Below, piece by piece: positions 15,084 to 23,126 of a stretch of 36,285 nucleotides of DNA (position 1 is the first letter of the stretch; the number at the start of each line of letters is the position of its first letter). The stretch covers positions 1 to 36,285 of the IMG/VR virus record IMGVR_UViG_3300017565_000031; one strand, written 5' to 3'. The notes beneath the pieces are model-generated. The model had not been told where the DNA came from and did no database searches. It worked only from the letters and a program-made list of their open reading frames with translations. The translations under genes and the position numbers were made by a program. The stretch comes from a virus. Its lineage: Duplodnaviria > Caudoviricetes.

Positions 15084-15897
15084 GCGGATCGCCGCTCTGA
15101 CGCCTGCTGCTGCGAACGTCAAGATCCTCACGATCGACGTTGAACGCCAGCGGGGTAAGTGGGAGATCGAAGGTTGGGAACCAACCTATAAGCGGGCTTG
15201 GTTCCCGATGGAGACGATGGTGCGCCGGCCGCGGATCATGTGTTTCGCGGCGAAGTGGTACGGCTCCGATGATGTGATCTACGCGGATGAGCGTGGCTCG
15301 AACGGGCGCGGTACGGGTGGTGCACGACGCATGGTGCAGACCATGTGGGATCTATTGGATGCCGCCGACGTCGCGGTGACGTTCAATGGCGACAGGGCTG
15401 ATATCCCGTGGATGAACGAAGAGTTCAAGTACGCGGGACTACCGAAGCCGATGCCGTTCAAGTCAATCGACCTGTATAAGCAATCGAAACGGGTACGCGA
15501 CCTGCCGTACAAGTCGCTGCGGTATCTCGCACGCGAGTTCGGATCACAGCAGAAACTCGAACACGACGGCCCCGACCTGTGGAAACTGTGCCTCGACGGC
15601 GACCCGGACGGGTGGACGTTGATGGAGGCGTACAACCGTCAGGATGTCATCGCGACCGAATCGCTTTGGCTCGACGAACTCCCCTGGTTGGACGGCGCAA
15701 CCCACATGGGCATCCTCATCGGCGACGACAATGCGCGCCGATGCCCGAACTGTGGCGGCTCGAACTTGACACGCCACCACAAGCCAGCTCGAGCTCATGT
15801 GCGCGAGTACGAATCGTTCCGCTGTGACGACTGCGGCACCCCTGTCCGGTCGAACATTCTCGTCGGCAAACCGCAATACACGCGGCCGATCCGTTGA
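15067..15897 (+). CDS. DnaQ/RNase H-like 3'-5' exonuclease with a C-terminal Zn ribbon
   Basis: Exo I ILTIDVE, Exo II TFNGDRAD, Exo III YNRQDV; CPNCG...CDDCG; TTG start after GGAGG. Confidence 0.85.
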   Translation: MGSVAERIAALTPAAANVKILTIDVERQRGKWEIEGWEPTYKRAWFPMETMVRRPRIMCFAAKWYGSDDVIYADERGSNGRGTGGARRMVQTMWDLLDAADVAVTFNGDRADIPWMNEEFKYAGLPKPMPFKSIDLYKQSKRVRDLPYKSLRYLAREFGSQQKLEHDGPDLWKLCLDGDPDGWTLMEAYNRQDVIATESLWLDELPWLDGATHMGILIGDDNARRCPNCGGSNLTRHHKPARAHVREYESFRCDDCGTPVRSNILVGKPQYTRPIR

Positions 15898-15964
15898 CCG
15901 CTTTCCCACGCATTACCGCGTGATCCGCACCTAACGCTTGCAATCCCAATCAAGGGAGGCAGTG

Positions 15965-16027
15965 ATGTGTCCTGACTGCGAGCATGACCCCTGCCGTTGC
16001 CGAGTCCCGGAGACGGATTGTGTCTGA
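15965..16027 (+). CDS. Cys-rich micropeptide (20 aa)
   Basis: SD GGGAGG; MCPDCEHDPCRCRVPETDCV. Confidence 0.4.
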   Translation: MCPDCEHDPCRCRVPETDCV

Positions 16028-16244
16028 CACGCCCGACTGGGTTCCTGACCCGCGTCCCGTACCTGCCGAACTCGAGCCCAACTACCGCGCCGTGCCGCCC
16101 GACCACACGATCAACCCCGCCGACCTCGACGAAGACCAGCATCCGACCTCCGCATGGTTGACCATCGGCGACGTTGTTGACACCGACACGTGGAAACGGC
16201 TCCGGGCGATGCTGCTGGACGAGATTAACCAAGACCGCGCATGA
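16020..16244 (+). CDS. Hypothetical acidic, Pro-rich protein
   Basis: Coupled to the next gene; start uncertain (15984 or 16020). Confidence 0.55.
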   Translation: MSDTPDWVPDPRPVPAELEPNYRAVPPDHTINPADLDEDQHPTSAWLTIGDVVDTDTWKRLRAMLLDEINQDRA

Positions 16245-16726
16245 TCCCCGTCGTCATCGGCTCACACCCTGACTCACCGTGGATCAAAGACTGGTCACCC
16301 CGCAAGATCGGCAATCGCCCCGTCTATGTGCATCGCAACGGTGGATACGAACTCGCGGCCCTAAGAGCCGCCCCCTATAGCCGGTTCCTGTTCCTGCAGG
16401 ACTCCTGCGAAGTCCTGCACCCGTCATTCTGGGATGTCATCGACCACCTCGACGGCCCCTCGTGGCTATTCGGCTTACCCGGCATGTATCTCGGCGTGTA
16501 CGACCACGCCGACCTCGCACCCATCCTGAACGAAGCGCCCGACCCGGTCGACAAAGCCATGTCGATCCAATGGGAGGGACGCATCCGAGAGCGGCTCCCA
16601 TATCCGACGCTCTGGCCCGACGTCGTCGACGCATCCGGCCGGTACGAGGAACGTCACGGGCGCATGAACCTCGTATTAGAGAACGACCTCCTACGCAAGT
16701 GGAAAGGCAACTGGGGTCAAGGATGA
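16241..16726 (+). CDS. Putative minimal GT-A-fold glycosyltransferase-like protein
   Basis: N-terminal beta strand VVIGS, GGYELAAL, and FLFLQDS at the position of a DxD-like motif; adjacent to a cytidylyltransferase. Confidence 0.45.
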   Translation: MIPVVIGSHPDSPWIKDWSPRKIGNRPVYVHRNGGYELAALRAAPYSRFLFLQDSCEVLHPSFWDVIDHLDGPSWLFGLPGMYLGVYDHADLAPILNEAPDPVDKAMSIQWEGRIRERLPYPTLWPDVVDASGRYEERHGRMNLVLENDLLRKWKGNWGQG

Positions 16727-17139
16727 GACACGCCATCACGCTCGGCACGTTCGATCCGCTCCACGCCGGCCACCTCGGCCTATTCAGCCAATGTCGCCGA
16801 CTCGCAGACACACTCACGGTCGCCGTCAACTCAGACGACTTCGTGACGACGTACCGGGGCAAACCGCCTCTCATGCCCGAGTTTCACCGCATGGCTGTCA
16901 TCGACGGCCTGCAGATGGTCAACTACGTCATTCTGAACCGGGGCGGCGCACTGCAACGTGACGTCATCCTCGACTCAGGTGCGGACCTCATCGTCATCGG
17001 AGACGATTGGGCGGCGAAGGACTACTACGGGCAGCTCGGCATCACGCAAGGGTGGCTGGACGCCAACGGCATCCAACTCGTGTACGTGCCCCGCACCGGC
17101 GAATGGTCATCCACCGCCATTAAGACGCGAGCTACTTGA
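16723..17139 (+). CDS. Cytidylyltransferase (TagD/RfaE-domain-II-like)
   Basis: GTFDPLHAGH (HxGH), VAVNSD, IGDDW and RTGEWSST signatures. Confidence 0.92.
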   Translation: MRHAITLGTFDPLHAGHLGLFSQCRRLADTLTVAVNSDDFVTTYRGKPPLMPEFHRMAVIDGLQMVNYVILNRGGALQRDVILDSGADLIVIGDDWAAKDYYGQLGITQGWLDANGIQLVYVPRTGEWSSTAIKTRAT

Positions 17140-17437
17140 TCCCGACAGCCCGCCGAGCATTCACGACCCGCACCTGAGACGGAATCGTGAACACGTCGAT
17201 GATCCATCCGATCGCGAAGACCCCCGCAGTCAACAGGTAGAGAATCCCCGTACCGACCTTCCCCAGGTAGAAACGGTGCCCACCGAACAAGCCGAGCAAA
17301 GCCCAGAACAGGTACGCGATACCCGTCGACTTCGGTGGCAACGGCGGACCATGCTGCGGCGCAGGAGCGGATACGTTCACAACGATGTGCGGTGCGTCCT
17401 GAGCAACCACAGGCGGCGTAACAGAAGCGTCAGTCAT
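17132..17437 (-). CDS. TM2 (NINE) domain membrane protein, reverse-oriented moron
   Basis: KSTGIAYLFWALLGLFGGHRFYLGK.GTGILYLLT.G...IGWIID; TAGGGT -10 lies 6 nt before the ATG. Confidence 0.92.
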   Translation of the reverse strand: MTDASVTPPVVAQDAPHIVVNVSAPAPQHGPPLPPKSTGIAYLFWALLGLFGGHRFYLGKVGTGILYLLTAGVFAIGWIIDVFTIPSQVRVVNARRAVGIK

Positions 17438-17495
17438 GCCCAGACCCTAGCGGCTGCCCCCACCCCGCGATAGACCGCAATAGGGGGGAGACGAC

Positions 17496-17753
17496 ATGGC
17501 ACACCCCAAATACACCGGCGCCTACCTAGCTATCCGCCGAGCCTGGTCCGCCGTCGTCGCACGCGGAGACGCAACCTGCCACGAGCCCATCTGCCTCATG
17601 CCCAATAGGGCGATAGCCCCAGGGTCACGTTGGCACCTGAGCCACGACACCACAGGCACACGCATCCTCGGCCCATCACACGCCCGATGCAACACCAGCG
17701 AAGGCGCAACACGAGGCAACGCCGACCGAGCTTCACGGTTCCTCAAGCTCTGA
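17496..17753 (+). CDS. Packaging-associated HNH protein
   Basis: CHEPIC...WHLSHD...GPSHARCNTSEGA; directly upstream of the terminase. Confidence 0.8.
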   Translation: MAHPKYTGAYLAIRRAWSAVVARGDATCHEPICLMPNRAIAPGSRWHLSHDTTGTRILGPSHARCNTSEGATRGNADRASRFLKL

Positions 17754-17843
17754 CAACTCGCCAGATTCTTTTCATTTGCATAGACCTGACGACCCCGCCA
17801 TCTTCTTTTTGTGTGTGAGAGGTGATTTCTCATCGCCGACACG
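17754..17843. other. Candidate cos/packaging-initiation region
   Basis: Non-coding AT-rich gap with T tracts between the HNH gene and terminase, the usual cos position in HK97-like phages. Exact ends cannot be determined. Confidence 0.45.
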
Positions 17844-19337
17844 TTGAACCTGCGCGAAGTGCTCGAATCTCGCGGGGACCCGATGGATGCGATGCGGTCT
17901 GAGTGGCTGGCTGATCTGCGGGCGGTGCCGGAGGATTCCGCGCCGCCGTTGGCGATGTCGGGGACACATGCAGATGCGGTCGGCTCGTATGGCTGGGACT
18001 GTCTCGGATGGCTTAAGTCGCAGGGTTTGATGCGGAAGCCGCGGTGGTGGCAGGCGCTGGCGATTGTGCGTCAGTACGAGCATGATGCGGATGGCCGGCT
18101 GGTGTGGCGGGAGATCATCGAGTCTGGTCCGCGCCGGATTGGGAAGTCGACGCGGCTTCGGGGGTCGGCGTTATGGCGTGTCGCGCACCCGGACGTGTTC
18201 GGTGAGGATCAGCTCGCGATGTTGGTGAGTAAGGATCTGGCGATTGGTCGTGAGATTCATTCGCGGTCGTGGCCGTGGGCGACGGGGCGTGGATGGAATG
18301 TCGTTCGGAACCTGACTCAGACTGAGGTTGGTACGGATACGGGCAGGTGGCTGCTGCGGTCGCATGATGCGGTGTACGGCTATGACGTCGGCTATGGGCA
18401 GGTCGATGAGTCGTGGGATGTGAAGCCGGCGGCGATTGAGGATGGTCTCGAGCCGGCGATGCTTGAGCGGGAGAGTCCGCAACTGCATTTGACGTCGACG
18501 GCCCATGTGAGGGCATCTTCGTTGATGCGTGGTCGGATCACGGATGCGATCCTCGGCTTGCATGATGACACTCTCCTGCTGTTCTGGGGTGCGACCCCGG
18601 ATGCGGATTTTGATGATCCTGCGGTGCGTCGGTCAGCGTCCCCGCATTGGTCGAAAGACCGTGAGGCGTTGGTCGAGCGCACCTATATTGCCGCGAAGTC
18701 TGGGGTTAGTGAGTTCGATGATCCTGATCCGGTGCGCGGTTGGGCGGCGCAATACCTGAACGTGTGGCCGATGCTGTTCGGTGATTCGGCGTCGAAGGTT
18801 CTTCCGAAGTGGGGTGACATTGCGGCTCCGGTGCGCGTGGGTCGTCCCAGTGGGCTGGGGGTGGCGACGGACCCGGATGGCACTTGGCTGTCGTTCGGTG
18901 CTGCGGTGGAGGGCGAGCCGCTACATCTCGGCCTGCTGACTCGCCTTCCGGTGTCGCAGCGGCCGACGTTCATTGCGGAGGTTGCGCGCGTCTCGCACGA
19001 GTACGACTGCCCGGTGGTCATCGACAAGGGCGGCCCGGCGTCGTTCCTGATCTCAGACTTTGAGCGGGTTGGGATTCGCCTTGAGCTGATCGGCACCGAT
19101 CGGTACGTCCAGTCGGTCGCGGACCTCGTGCAAGCGGTCGACGCTGACGAGGTCGAGCACGGCGGATACCCGGATTTGGATGCTGCGACGGTCGCGGCTG
19201 ACTGGCGTTTGATTGGTGATCGGCGAGTGTTCGCTCGTCGCTCAGGTGACATTTCAGCCCTGGAGGCCGTCGCGCTCGCCCACCACGGTGCATTATCCGC
19301 CCCTGCGGTTCGCGACTGGATGAGCACATTCGGATGA
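17844..19337 (+). CDS. terL: Terminase large subunit
   Basis: Walker A GPRRIGKS, Walker B GQVDESW, coupling motif LTSTA, C-terminal DISALEA. Confidence 0.9.
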   Translation: MNLREVLESRGDPMDAMRSEWLADLRAVPEDSAPPLAMSGTHADAVGSYGWDCLGWLKSQGLMRKPRWWQALAIVRQYEHDADGRLVWREIIESGPRRIGKSTRLRGSALWRVAHPDVFGEDQLAMLVSKDLAIGREIHSRSWPWATGRGWNVVRNLTQTEVGTDTGRWLLRSHDAVYGYDVGYGQVDESWDVKPAAIEDGLEPAMLERESPQLHLTSTAHVRASSLMRGRITDAILGLHDDTLLLFWGATPDADFDDPAVRRSASPHWSKDREALVERTYIAAKSGVSEFDDPDPVRGWAAQYLNVWPMLFGDSASKVLPKWGDIAAPVRVGRPSGLGVATDPDGTWLSFGAAVEGEPLHLGLLTRLPVSQRPTFIAEVARVSHEYDCPVVIDKGGPASFLISDFERVGIRLELIGTDRYVQSVADLVQAVDADEVEHGGYPDLDAATVAADWRLIGDRRVFARRSGDISALEAVALAHHGALSAPAVRDWMSTFG

Positions 19338-19345
19338 GGAGTGTC

Positions 19346-19489
19346 ATGCCTACGATCCTGCTCGAGCTCGTCGCTGTGCTCGCCCTTGTGGCGTTCGCTG
19401 TCGTTACGTGGTGGCCCGCCGCTCTTCTTGTCGTCGCGCTCAGCGCCGGTTTCGTTGCTTGGAATCTGAATCGGGAGGGTCGTCGATGA
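19346..19489 (+). CDS. Small membrane protein (47 aa) between terminase and portal
   Basis: Translated by hand: MPTILLELVAVLALVAFAVVTWWPAALLVVALSAGFVAWNLNREGRR; SD GAGGAG. Confidence 0.75.
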   Translation: MPTILLELVAVLALVAFAVVTWWPAALLVVALSAGFVAWNLNREGRR

Positions 19490-20613
19490 GCCTCTTCTTC
19501 CGATCTGAGCGACGGTCGTATACCGGGGGGTGGTCCGCGACCGGCGGCGGCCAAGCCGTGAGTGAGGAGCGCGCGACGCATCTCGTCCCGGTGCTCGCGT
19601 CGATCCGGCACATCGTTGATTTCGTCTCAACACTTCCCGTGGATTTCTACCGCAAGTCTGACAACGCTCGCGTGCCCGCCTCAGTTCCAGCCCTGATCCG
19701 CAACGTGGAGGACACGGTGGGGCTCGACACGTGGTTCGGGCAGATCGCGTATGGGCTGGTGACTCGCGGAAACGCGGTCGGGCATGTGTCGGCGATGGGC
19801 CAGTCGGGTCCGTTGATGATCGAGTGGGCGGATCAGTGGTCATCGTTCGGTAATGGGGATGATGATCCGTGGTTCATCAAGGGTCGGCAGTTCGGGCCGA
19901 GGTCGGTGCAGCAGGTTCGGTGGATTGTCCCGCCTGGTAAGCGGCTTGGTCTGTCTCCGATTGAGCATTATGCGTCGATGGTCCGGGCGGGTCTCGCGGC
20001 GCAGGAGTACGCGAACATTGGCCGCGGCGGTGGCCTACCGTTGGCGGAGATCACGAACACGGCGTTGTCGGAGATGCCAGCCGAACTGATCACTGCGGTG
20101 CAGACGAAAGCTGCGGCATCGTTCGCGTCGGGACAGCCGTTTGTGCACGGTAAGGATTGGAAGCTCTCAGCGGTCGATATTCCGCCGAATCAGCTGCAGT
20201 TCCTGGAGACGCTCAAACTGTCCGCGAACGCTATCGCGTCGATCTATGGCATTGACCCTCGCGAGATCGGCGGGTCAGCCTCGGAGTCGTTGACGTACAC
20301 GAATGACGAGTCTCGGCCACTGACTCGCGCGCACAATCTGCGGCCCTATCTGGTGCGGATTGAGAACGCTGTGAACCGGTGGATATCGGGCCCGGTCTAC
20401 ATGAAGTTCAACATCGACGCGACGATTCGGGCGGACACGAAGACCCGTACCGAAGTGGTGGGAGCGAAGATCGCTGACGGCCGCATGTCGGTCAATGAGG
20501 CGCGCGCCCTCGAGGATCTCGAGCCGGTCGCCGGCGGTGACTTCCATAACGTCCCATCCCCAAAGTCCGACATTCAGAACGGAACCCCTAACACGACCGG
20601 GAGCAAGCCATGA
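19486..20613 (+). CDS. HK97-family portal protein
   Basis: RGNA, GLSPI, QFLET, IASIYGI and MSVNEARALEDL.PV.GGD motifs. Confidence 0.95.
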   Translation: MSLFFRSERRSYTGGWSATGGGQAVSEERATHLVPVLASIRHIVDFVSTLPVDFYRKSDNARVPASVPALIRNVEDTVGLDTWFGQIAYGLVTRGNAVGHVSAMGQSGPLMIEWADQWSSFGNGDDDPWFIKGRQFGPRSVQQVRWIVPPGKRLGLSPIEHYASMVRAGLAAQEYANIGRGGGLPLAEITNTALSEMPAELITAVQTKAAASFASGQPFVHGKDWKLSAVDIPPNQLQFLETLKLSANAIASIYGIDPREIGGSASESLTYTNDESRPLTRAHNLRPYLVRIENAVNRWISGPVYMKFNIDATIRADTKTRTEVVGAKIADGRMSVNEARALEDLEPVAGGDFHNVPSPKSDIQNGTPNTTGSKP

Positions 20614-21284
20614 CCGAAACCGAGCGTCGCCTCACCGTCGCGACCGTGGAGGTGCGCGCCGAGCAGACGCGCACTATCGGCGGCTACGCGGCGAAGTTCA
20701 ACACCTTCTCGCAGAACCTTGGCGGGTTCATCGAGCGGATCGCCACGAGCTTCTTCAACAAGTCTCGTGGTGACGGGTGGCCGGGCGTGCTCGCCCGCTA
20801 CAACCATGACGACAACATGCTGCTCGGCACGACTGCCGCGGACACGCTGCGGCTCGCGATCGACGACATCGGCCTGTCGTACGAGGTGGACGCGCCGGCA
20901 GCTCGCGCCGACGTGTTCGAGCTCGTGCAGCGCGGCGACGTCGCGAAGTCGTCGTTCGCGTTCAACGTGTTCGAGGACGACTGGAGCGTGAACGAGTCCG
21001 GGTTCCCGATCCGCACCCTCATCTCGGGACGCCTCTACGACGTCGCCCCGGTGAACACCCCCGCATACGACGACACGTCGGTCGGGATCCGAGCGCTCGA
21101 CTCGCTGGCTCGCAAGTTCGACTGCGACCTCGCCGAGATCCGCAACCTCGCCGCCGACCAGCGCCTCGGCGACCTGTTCGCGCCGCCCGCGATCGTTGTC
21201 GACTTGGCCCCTGCGCCAGTCGTCGCCGATAGCACTGAGCGATCGGCGCGCGCTGCACTCGCGAAGGCGCTCTCCCTCACCTAG
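20610..21284 (+). CDS. HK97-family prohead protease
   Basis: GYAAKFN, YNHD, SSFAF, and LYDVAPVNTPAY motifs. Confidence 0.95.
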   Translation: MTETERRLTVATVEVRAEQTRTIGGYAAKFNTFSQNLGGFIERIATSFFNKSRGDGWPGVLARYNHDDNMLLGTTAADTLRLAIDDIGLSYEVDAPAARADVFELVQRGDVAKSSFAFNVFEDDWSVNESGFPIRTLISGRLYDVAPVNTPAYDDTSVGIRALDSLARKFDCDLAEIRNLAADQRLGDLFAPPAIVVDLAPAPVVADSTERSARAALAKALSLT

Positions 21285-21412
21285 TTCATACCTCCGAGCC
21301 GTATCGGGCAGCGACCACGCACCCGACCGGCCCGGCGCACCGAAACACCATCCGGCAGGGTCACCCCCACCGGGCATCGAAGCACTCAATCGATTCCCGG
21401 AAAGGGGAAACC

Positions 21413-22612
21413 ATGTCCACTCTTGTGGAGCAGCTGCGCGAGCAGCGCAGCGCACTCATCCAGAAGGCCACCGACATCGCTCAGGCGAGCGTCGCGGAGG
21501 GCCGCAACCTCACGGTCGAGGAGCAGGCGAGCTTCGACCAGATCATCGCGGACGCTGAGGGCCTCGGCCAGCGTGCCGCCGACCTCATCGCCGCGGAGCA
21601 GCGTTCGGCCGACATCGAGGCGTCGTTCATTCCGAGCGCGCAGCGTACGGCCCCGGATGGCTCCCCGCTCGGGGATTGGGCACGGTCGGCTCAGCCCGGT
21701 GCCGCGTTCGATCTGCGAGCGTCGCGACCGGGTCTGGAGAACCGTGCGATCGAGTCGTTCCGCCGCGGTGAGCAGCGGGCGATGACGATGGGCGGCACGT
21801 CCGCTGACGCGGTCTACTCGTCACTGTGGGAGACGGCGGTTTCGACTAGCCAGATCCTGCAGGCCGGCGTGCAGATCATCACCACTCAGGACGGCAACAC
21901 GCTGCCCATGCCCGCGGTGACCGCGCACGCGGTTGGCGCTTCGGCGGCGGCGAACGCTCCCGTCAGCGCGTCGGATGCGGGCCTGTCGCTCGTGAACCTG
22001 TCGGTGTCGAAGAACGGTTACCTGACGCTCGTCCCGTACGAGCTCACCCAGGACGCCACGTTCGATCTCGACGGTTACCTGTCGCGTGCGGCGGGTCGTG
22101 AGCTGGGCAACCAGATCAGCCAGATCGCAGCCTCTGCGCTCATCGCCGGGGCGACCGTGTCGGGTGCGACTGCGCCGACCGCGTCGGTGGCGGCGTCGGG
22201 TGTGACGTTCACGAACGCGCTGAAGACGCTGTTCTGGGCCGTCGCGGGACCGTACCGCAACCAGGGCTCCTGGCTGCTGTCGGACGGTGCTGCTGCGGCG
22301 ATCGACAAGATCACCGACGCGCAGGGCCGCTACGTACTCCAGCAGGACCTCACCGGGGCGTTCCCGTTCCGGCTCCAGTCCAAGCCCGTGTTCACGGATT
22401 ACACGCTGCCGGCACCTACGGGCACCGCGAAGCCGATCTACTTCGGTGACTTCTCGGCGCTCGCGGTCCGCATCGCGGGTGGTATCCGGTTCGAGCGGTC
22501 GGCGGAGTACGCGTTCGGCAACGACCAGATCGCGTACCGGGCGCTCGTGCGTACGGGCGCGGCGGTCCTCGATGTGAACGCGATCAAGTTCCTCGCGCTC
22601 ACGGCGTCCTGA
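21413..22612 (+). CDS. HK97-fold major capsid protein with N-terminal delta domain
   Basis: Coiled-coil N-terminus, D.QGRY, IYFGDFS, and YAFGNDQIAYRA motifs. Confidence 0.95.
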   Translation: MSTLVEQLREQRSALIQKATDIAQASVAEGRNLTVEEQASFDQIIADAEGLGQRAADLIAAEQRSADIEASFIPSAQRTAPDGSPLGDWARSAQPGAAFDLRASRPGLENRAIESFRRGEQRAMTMGGTSADAVYSSLWETAVSTSQILQAGVQIITTQDGNTLPMPAVTAHAVGASAAANAPVSASDAGLSLVNLSVSKNGYLTLVPYELTQDATFDLDGYLSRAAGRELGNQISQIAASALIAGATVSGATAPTASVAASGVTFTNALKTLFWAVAGPYRNQGSWLLSDGAAAAIDKITDAQGRYVLQQDLTGAFPFRLQSKPVFTDYTLPAPTGTAKPIYFGDFSALAVRIAGGIRFERSAEYAFGNDQIAYRALVRTGAAVLDVNAIKFLALTAS

Positions 22613-22627
22613 GGGGGGTGACCTGAG

Positions 22628-23047
22628 ATGGCTATTGGTGACATCCGAGGTATCCCGAATCAGTACGTCATTGTCCTGAACGGTGAGGACCGTTCCGGGG
22701 AGACGACGAGCTGCTCGATCGGCAGGTCGGGCAAGTCGTCGCAGACGTTCGCGGAGTACCGTTCCGGCGGGGCGAAGTCCCTCAAGGCGACGGTGCTGCA
22801 GAACTTCGCGACGGGCTCGATCTGGACCATGTCGACCACACCGTCCCTCATCGGAACGAGCGTGACCGGCATGTTCCTCCCGCAGGGGTCGGCATCGGGT
22901 CGTCCGAAGTTCACGGTGACCGCGACCATCGCTGCCCCGTCCTCTGACGAGTATGTCGGTGGCGACGGCGGGGAGTCGACGGCGGACAACCCGACGATCG
23001 ACATCGAGTGGCAGCTCGTCGGCGACTGGTCTCAGGCGACGATCTGA
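22628..23047 (+). CDS. Probable major tail (tube) protein, 139 aa
   Basis: Gly/Thr/Ser-rich beta-strand pattern (P.G....PKFTVTATI...GGDGG...IDIEW). No other tail-tube candidate precedes the tape measure gene. Confidence 0.65.
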   Translation: MAIGDIRGIPNQYVIVLNGEDRSGETTSCSIGRSGKSSQTFAEYRSGGAKSLKATVLQNFATGSIWTMSTTPSLIGTSVTGMFLPQGSASGRPKFTVTATIAAPSSDEYVGGDGGESTADNPTIDIEWQLVGDWSQATI

Positions 23048-23054
23048 TCAAGCC

Positions 23055-23122
23055 GGGAGTGGCGGGCGTCCGTGCCTTCGCCCGCCACTCCCTCTCAAGG
23101 CACTAAGGCACCCGAAGGGCAT
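23055..23122 (+). promoter_or_regulatory. 14-bp hairpin whose loop is complementary to downstream repeats (pseudoknot candidate)
   Basis: Stem 23055-23068/23079-23092; loop GTGCCTT (23072-23078) pairs with AAGGCAC at 23097-23103 and 23105-23111. Confidence 0.6.
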
Positions 23123-23126
23123 TCGC

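Noticed and set aside
17478-17488. CAATAGGGGGG shared with 35895-35905
   Set aside because: An 11-bp match is expected many times by chance in 36 kb, and I see no consistent context.
18683-19843. Long antisense and alternate-frame ORFs (e.g. 18683-19843, 11373-12389, 28084-29025, 20574-21455)
   Set aside because: Shadow ORFs of high-GC coding sequence that overlap well-supported genes, are Arg/Pro-rich and have no motifs.
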